13,813 bases of DNA from Octopus sinensis (Eukaryota), in the NCBI RefSeq assembly GCF_006345805.1, contig NW_021826049.1, positions 1 through 13,813 on the forward strand, read 5' to 3'. Below the pieces are notes generated by a model. It was not told the DNA's origin and searched no databases. It worked only from the letters and a program-made list of their open reading frames with translations. This document shows positions 9,060-13,813 of the stretch, in pieces (position 1 is the stretch's first letter; the number at the start of each line of letters is the position of its first letter). A program made the position numbers and the translations under genes.

Positions 9060-9133
9060 GCGTGTGCATATATATATATACGCACATGCATATATACATC
9101 TATACATATACATATATATATATATACATATAC

Positions 9134-9165
<32 letters not shown>

Positions 9166-9168
9166 GTA

Positions 9169-9226
<58 letters not shown>

Positions 9227-9363
9227 CATATATATATATATATGTATATATACACCTAGACTGATAAATAGAAAGATAGATTGGTAGTTGTGTATATATA
9301 CGTATGTTGGTATACATGTTCTCTATGTATGTATATATAGACAGATTGATAGATACTACATAC

Positions 9364-9411
<48 letters not shown>

Positions 9412-9565
9412 TGTATGTATCTATTTCTATATACATACATATAGATATATAGATAGATTATATACATGTGTTTTATTATATTATATATTATATTATATAT
9501 ATATATATATATAATATATATATTTATTATATATATGTATATATATATATGTATCAGTATGTATG

Positions 9566-9594
<29 letters not shown>
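9060..9594. repeat. Compound (TA)n/(TAGA)/(TATG)n microsatellite
   Basis: Seen directly. Confidence 0.9.
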
Positions 9595-9597
<3 letters not shown>

Positions 9598-9621
9598 GAA
9601 TAAAAAGTTTCGAATGGTACA

Positions 9622-9665
9622 ACAATGCACCATGATACAGACAATGCACCATGATACAGACAATG
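9622..9665. repeat. 19-bp tandem duplication acaatgcaccatgatacag x2.3
   Basis: Units at 9622-9640 and 9641-9659, partial at 9660-9665. Confidence 0.9.
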
Positions 9666-9703
9666 TGTTATATACCTGTTGTAATTTAGTCATCCATAGT
9701 CTG

Positions 9704-9740
9704 ATATGACGTTTCGGAATATTATTCCTTCTTCAGATAT
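9704..9740 (-). ncRNA. Minimal type I hammerhead (GAAACGUC type)
   Basis: Minus strand atat CTGAAGA a-ggaata-a-tattcc GAAA CGTC atat, with outer pairing ccat/atgg (9694-9697, 9747-9750). Same strand as, and 3' of, the GIY-YIG remnant at 10300-10556. Confidence 0.75.
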
Positions 9741-9884
9741 TCGTAGATGGAGACGCTGCTATAATCGGTTTTCTAACGGCTTTTTCTTTTTTATTTTTGG
9801 GAAGCATCTCAGCAGTGGTCTCACGAGGCTCCTTCCGGAATTCCTCATGAGAAGTGTGTGAGGTCACAATCTCGTGTGAGCTGG

Positions 9885-10169
9885 TACTATGTTACATATT
9901 ATATGTTACATATTATATGTTACATACTATGTTACATATTATATGTTACATATTATATGTTACATACTATGTTACATATTATATGTTACATATTATATGT
10001 TACATACTATGTTACATATTATATGTTACATATTATATGTTACATACTATGTTACATATTATATGTTACATACTATGTTACATATTATATGTTACATATT
10101 ATATGTTACATACTATGTTACATATTATATGCTACATATTATATGTTACATACTATGTTACATATTATA
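9885..10169. repeat. Minisatellite of 12-bp (A, tactatgttaca) and 14-bp (B, tattatatgttaca) units with 40-bp ABB period
   Basis: Parsed as ABB ABB ABB ABB AB ABB AB'B A plus a partial B. One substitution (gctaca) in the whole array. Confidence 0.95.
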
Positions 10170-10299
10170 CGTGCGGCATCCTTTTTTCCTTCATTTTTTC
10201 CCTTCTTTTCTTTTTTTTTTGTTATAAACTGCAGATGATATTTATCAATAATATATATACACGCATCCAGATGTATCTAAATAATGTATTGATTACTAA

Positions 10300-10556
10300 T
10301 CTTCAGCCTATTGTTAATTTGGGGACCTAGGTCTGTGTATGAGTATAGCTTCCTTTATTCTTAAAATACCCAAATTTCTTTCATTGGACTCAATTGTGAC
10401 TGTTATGCTTTTGTCGGTGTTCCCACATCTGTCTAGATGTTTTCTGAAGGAGGAAGCTCTCCTGTTCAGATATTCTATGATGCCGACGTGTAACAGTCTT
10501 GTTGTGCTACTCACATAGAACTTGTTGCATTTGTTACATTGTATTCTATACACAAC
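10300..10556 (-). pseudogene. Decayed GIY-YIG endonuclease of a second PLE family
   Basis: VVYRIQCNKCNKFYVSSTTRLLH..EY..SSFRKHLDRC..LRIKEAILI, then PQINNR after a frameshift. CxxC lies between the GIY and YIG halves, unlike the 7431-8075 protein. Conserved G, R and H appear mutated. Confidence 0.8.
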
Positions 10557-10598
10557 CGTCGGCGTGTTCGTTTTCTATTGGACTTTCCTCTGTTTCTT

Positions 10599-10633
10599 GT
10601 TTCCGAAGAAGAGCATTGCTCGAAACACGAAAC
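10599..10633 (+). ncRNA. Degenerate variant hammerhead in a probable pLTR fragment (10560-10730)
   Basis: gttt CCGAAGA a-gagc-att-gctc GAAA cacg aaac. Stems I and II are intact but the expected CGTH reads CACG. Confidence 0.45.
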
Positions 10634-10729
10634 GACCTCCTCTTTTCTCCCCTGACCGTCTGCTAAAACTTTATATGTACCACGTCCTCGAGTATTTTTT
10701 TTGTTTGTTCTTCGTTTTCTCGGATTTAC

Positions 10730-11207
10730 TATATATATACATATACACATATAATATATATATATATATAATATATATTATATATATATATATACATATG
10801 TGTGTGTGTGTGTCTGTGTGTGTCTGTGTGTCTGTACACATACATAAGTACATACTTACAAACAGTAGTGATTTTTTTCTTATATTGTTGAAGTATATAT
10901 ATGTGACTGTATATATCCTCTGTGCATGCGCTTGTATATTTTTAACAGTTCATTAAAATAGTAGACCACTTGTATATACATATACATGCACGTGCCTGTG
11001 TATATGTATATACGTACAAATATATAAATATATATAAATATAAATATATATTTTATATACAAGTATATATACATTTGAATGTTTGTATATGTATGTGTAT
11101 ACCTAAAGATGTCCACACACAAATATCTAAAAATTTATATACATACACAAACATATTTATAAATACGTATATTTTCCTATCTAGCCATTTATATGTATGT
11201 ATGTATG

Positions 11208-11241
<34 letters not shown>

Positions 11242-11302
11242 TGTATGTATGTATGTATGTATGTATGTATGTGTATGTGTGTGTGCGTGCGCGTGTGTGT
11301 GT
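10730..11302. repeat. Compound (TA)n/(TG)n/(TATG)n microsatellite region
   Basis: Seen directly. (TATG)n spans ~11192-11278. Confidence 0.88.
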
Positions 11303-11769
11303 AGTTTCATGGTTCCCCGTTCTCTGCAGAGACAGTTGAGACCGAGTTAATGTTGCACTTGATATAGGGAAAGGAGAAAACTAAATGCAATTTTCAAAAA
11401 ACTCCAAGACAATAATTGTGAAATGAAACATGAGAAATAACTAAAAACATTGAATCGTATTAAATATCTGAAGAACTGCTTTGATGTGGAATGGTTTATG
11501 AGTGACTGGTTCTTGATCAAAGATGAAGAATGATTGAGTGCGAGGCTAGTGTGAAAAGTGCGGCGAGAGAGTAGGTGGTGTGAGAGTTAAGGAGAAAGTG
11601 CGCCGTGGCCAGACGTAAATGGCAACCATGTTTATGCGAATTGTATATGTACGGATACTCGCGTGAACACACTTTTTTAAAGATAGTTCAATGCTTTCCG
11701 TACATGGTGATACGAACGTATTTAATACGTATACATTTTTGTATAGCTATTTAGTATATCTATATACGT

Positions 11770-11918
11770 GGAGGCGCAATGGCCTAGTCGTTAGGGCAGC
11801 GGACTCGCGGTCGTAGGATCGCGGTTTCGATTCCCAGACCAGGTGTTGTGAGTGTTTATTGAACGAAAACACCTAAAAGCTCCACGAAGCTCAGGCAGGG
11901 GATGGTGATCCCTGCTGT
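11770..11918 (+). mobile_element. SINE family A head and partial body, no own tail
   Basis: ggaggcgcaatggcctagtcgttagggcagcggactcgcggtc...gatccctgctgt, matching the 1251 and 2652 copies. Confidence 0.88.
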
Positions 11919-11927
11919 TAAGAGAAA

Positions 11928-12161
11928 TAAGGCGGCGAGCTGGCAGAAACGTTAGCACGCCGGGAGAAATGCGTAGCCGTATTTCGTCTGGCGTTACGTT
12001 CTGGGTTCAAATTTCGCCGAGGTCGACTTTGTCTTTCATCCTTTCGGGGTCGATAAATTAAGTACCAGTTGCGCACTGGAGTCGATATAATCGACTTAAT
12101 CCGTTTATCTGTCCTTGTTTGTCTCCTCTGTGTTTAGCCCCTTGTGGGTAGTAAAGAAATA
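11928..12161 (+). mobile_element. SINE family B, full length
   Basis: taaggcggcgagctggcagaaacg...tttagccccttgtgggtagtaaagaaata, collinear with 1323-1556. Confidence 0.9.
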
Positions 12162-12283
12162 TATATACGTATGGACATAGAATACATACGATATATCACT
12201 ATCAATATCGTTCCTCCTCCGCTCTGTAGCCTACTGGGTAGCAAGTCAATGTTAGCTTCAGTTTTCTCTACATCCAGCTGTGT

Positions 12284-12572
12284 GGAAGCACATAGCTTAG
12301 TGGTTACAGCAGCGGACTCGCGGTCGAGGGACCGCAGGTTCGAATCTCAGATCGGGCGATGTATGTGTTTATGAGCGAAACACCTAAGCTCCACGCGGCT
12401 CCGGCAGAAGGTAATGGCCAACTTCTGCTGACTCTTTCGCCACAACTTTCTCTCACTTTTTACTACTGCATCTTGCAGCTCCCGGCATCCCGTCCAGGTG
12501 AGGAACCTATACGCCAAGGAAACCGGGAAACCAGTCCTAATGAGCCAGGCGTGGCTCGAGAAGGAACAAACA
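12284..12572 (+). mobile_element. Diverged SINE family A with a third tail type
   Basis: Head ggaagcacatagcttagtggttacagcagcggactcgcggtc with B box ggttcgaatct. Direct repeat acatccagcYgtgtg at 12270-12284 and 12573-12587. Confidence 0.85.
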
Positions 12573-12611
12573 ACATCCAGCCGTGTGATGTTGGGCTCTC
12601 TCGGTTCCATT

Positions 12612-13129
12612 ATGGGTGCCTTCTTTATTTATAGTTTTTAGTATCTGAGGCCGAGTTTTATCTTCTCAAACAGCCTTGCCACATTTCAGCGCTACAATCA
12701 CCTCCATAATTTGATACCCTATGAGGTTAGACTTAGCTCCTAGATACACCTCGTGTCCACCAGATTCTTTTATTACAACTGGATTTAGGAGATCAACAAA
12801 GTATACCCTCCTCCGCTCAAGGATTCTACTCTCTGTAGAGAGATCAACACTAACCGAGATTTTAATGACCGACGTTGAAGAGGGCTCCCTGTTAAAAATT
12901 CGATAGATGATCTGCCAGAATACTTGGCAAGCCAGTCTGAAGTCAGAAGCCACTTGTACGCCTCCTTCATTATACAGATGGCATCTGTAACTTCCTGGCC
13001 AATTTAGCAGGTGAGAGGGGTTCTTTTACCAGCTGGCGTCACACTGATCCGCTTTCATCTGCAGCATTATACAACTGACGAACTAGTTGCCAAGCAAAAT
13101 CACTTCCATTTCCCTTCGACTACCTCAAT
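12612..13129 (-). pseudogene. Decayed RTE-clade (Rex3/Expander-like) LINE fragment, EN-RT linker to RT start
   Basis: EGKWK*F..CC..QEVTDAICIMKEAYKW / SDFRLACQVFWQII..RILERRRVYFVDLLNP..VALKCGKAV*EDKTRPQILKTINKEG resembles the RTE motifs DFRxAxKxFWQTIRRL, RWxEYFxDLLNP and GKAxGxDxIRPExLK. Contains stops and an apparent internal deletion. Confidence 0.75.
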
Positions 13130-13548
13130 TATTGCAAGAATGTTCTGAATCTGAATACAGTATTTACCTATATTTATTATGCAACGATCTATCCACTATC
13201 ATTTATTCACTTGTAATTACTTTTTCATGCAACTCCATTTGACTGAAATTGTCTACAAAATAGTAGATTCAATTTTATAGTCTGCTGATACAATCAAATT
13301 CAATCTTATAGCTTTTCAACAAAACAATAAAATTTCATAATAAAAAGGATTTATTAAATTAAAATAACATTCATTAAAACAAATTCTATATTTGTTATTA
13401 ATAACATATATATATGCAATAAATATATGTTATCAATAACAGTGATAATGTTTAACAATCAATTACAATAATGTGGTAGATCTCTATTACAAAAAATTAC
13501 AAAATTTTCACTTGAGTTTTTTATTGCAATTGCTTTATTTCTTTTGCA

Positions 13549-13790
13549 AGTGAGTGGTCTAGTTGTTAGGGCATTTCACTGATGGTCACAAGATTATAGT
13601 TTCGGCTCTTGGACCGGACAATGTGTTGCGTTCGTGGGTAAAACACTTCATTTCACCTTACTCTAATCCACTCGTCTGTAAATGAGCAACCGCGCGATGG
13701 ACTGGCATCGACGAGAATGTTGTGGTGACCCCATGGATACACGTTAGCGGGCCCTATCAGTCCCAAGACTTGAGACGCTTAAAGCTAGGG
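13549..13790 (+). mobile_element. Old tRNA-derived SINE with CORE-like body
   Basis: A-box-like tggtctagttg, gggtaaaacacttcatttcaccttactctaatccactcgtctgtaaatgag (CORE-like) and gcgatggactggcatc (V-domain-like, from recognition). Ends are approximate. Confidence 0.55.
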
Positions 13791-13813
13791 AGTTATTATA
13801 TCTTTTTATCCCA

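Noticed and set aside
9885-10169. CRISPR array or repeat-protein ORFs 9854..10330
   Set aside because: Contiguous tandem units without unique spacers in eukaryotic context. The ORFs are repeat translations.
11310-11370. Splice acceptor ttccccgttctctgcag and possible exon
   Set aside because: Frames close quickly, with no donor or homology evidence.
11465-11495. atatCTGAAGA as another hammerhead (also ttgatga...gaaa at 8854-8869)
   Set aside because: No GAAA after a proper stem II in the first case, and no stem III, NUH or stem I in the second.

Overview
AT-rich eukaryotic repeat DNA with no supportable host gene. The SINE sequences and microsatellite density suggest a cephalopod (Octopus) genome, which is an inference from recognition. 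Most of the ORF track is translated (TA)n/(TATG)n/(ATT)n microsatellite. Real content: (i) at least three tRNA-derived SINE families (called A, B, C here) with nested, chimeric and tail-swapped copies, several with target-site duplications; (ii) two Penelope-like elements (PLEs) with GIY-YIG remnants, one forming a ~460-bp-arm inverted duplication (7158-8533) with Naiad-like Cys motifs; (iii) a decayed RTE/Rex3-like LINE; (iv) a 40-bp higher-order minisatellite; (v) up to six type I hammerhead ribozyme motifs. One hammerhead has an intact core, lies in a long G-U-rich rod (5378-5508) and has no adjacent ORF. Three carry a variant CCGAAGA core. All structures were folded by eye.
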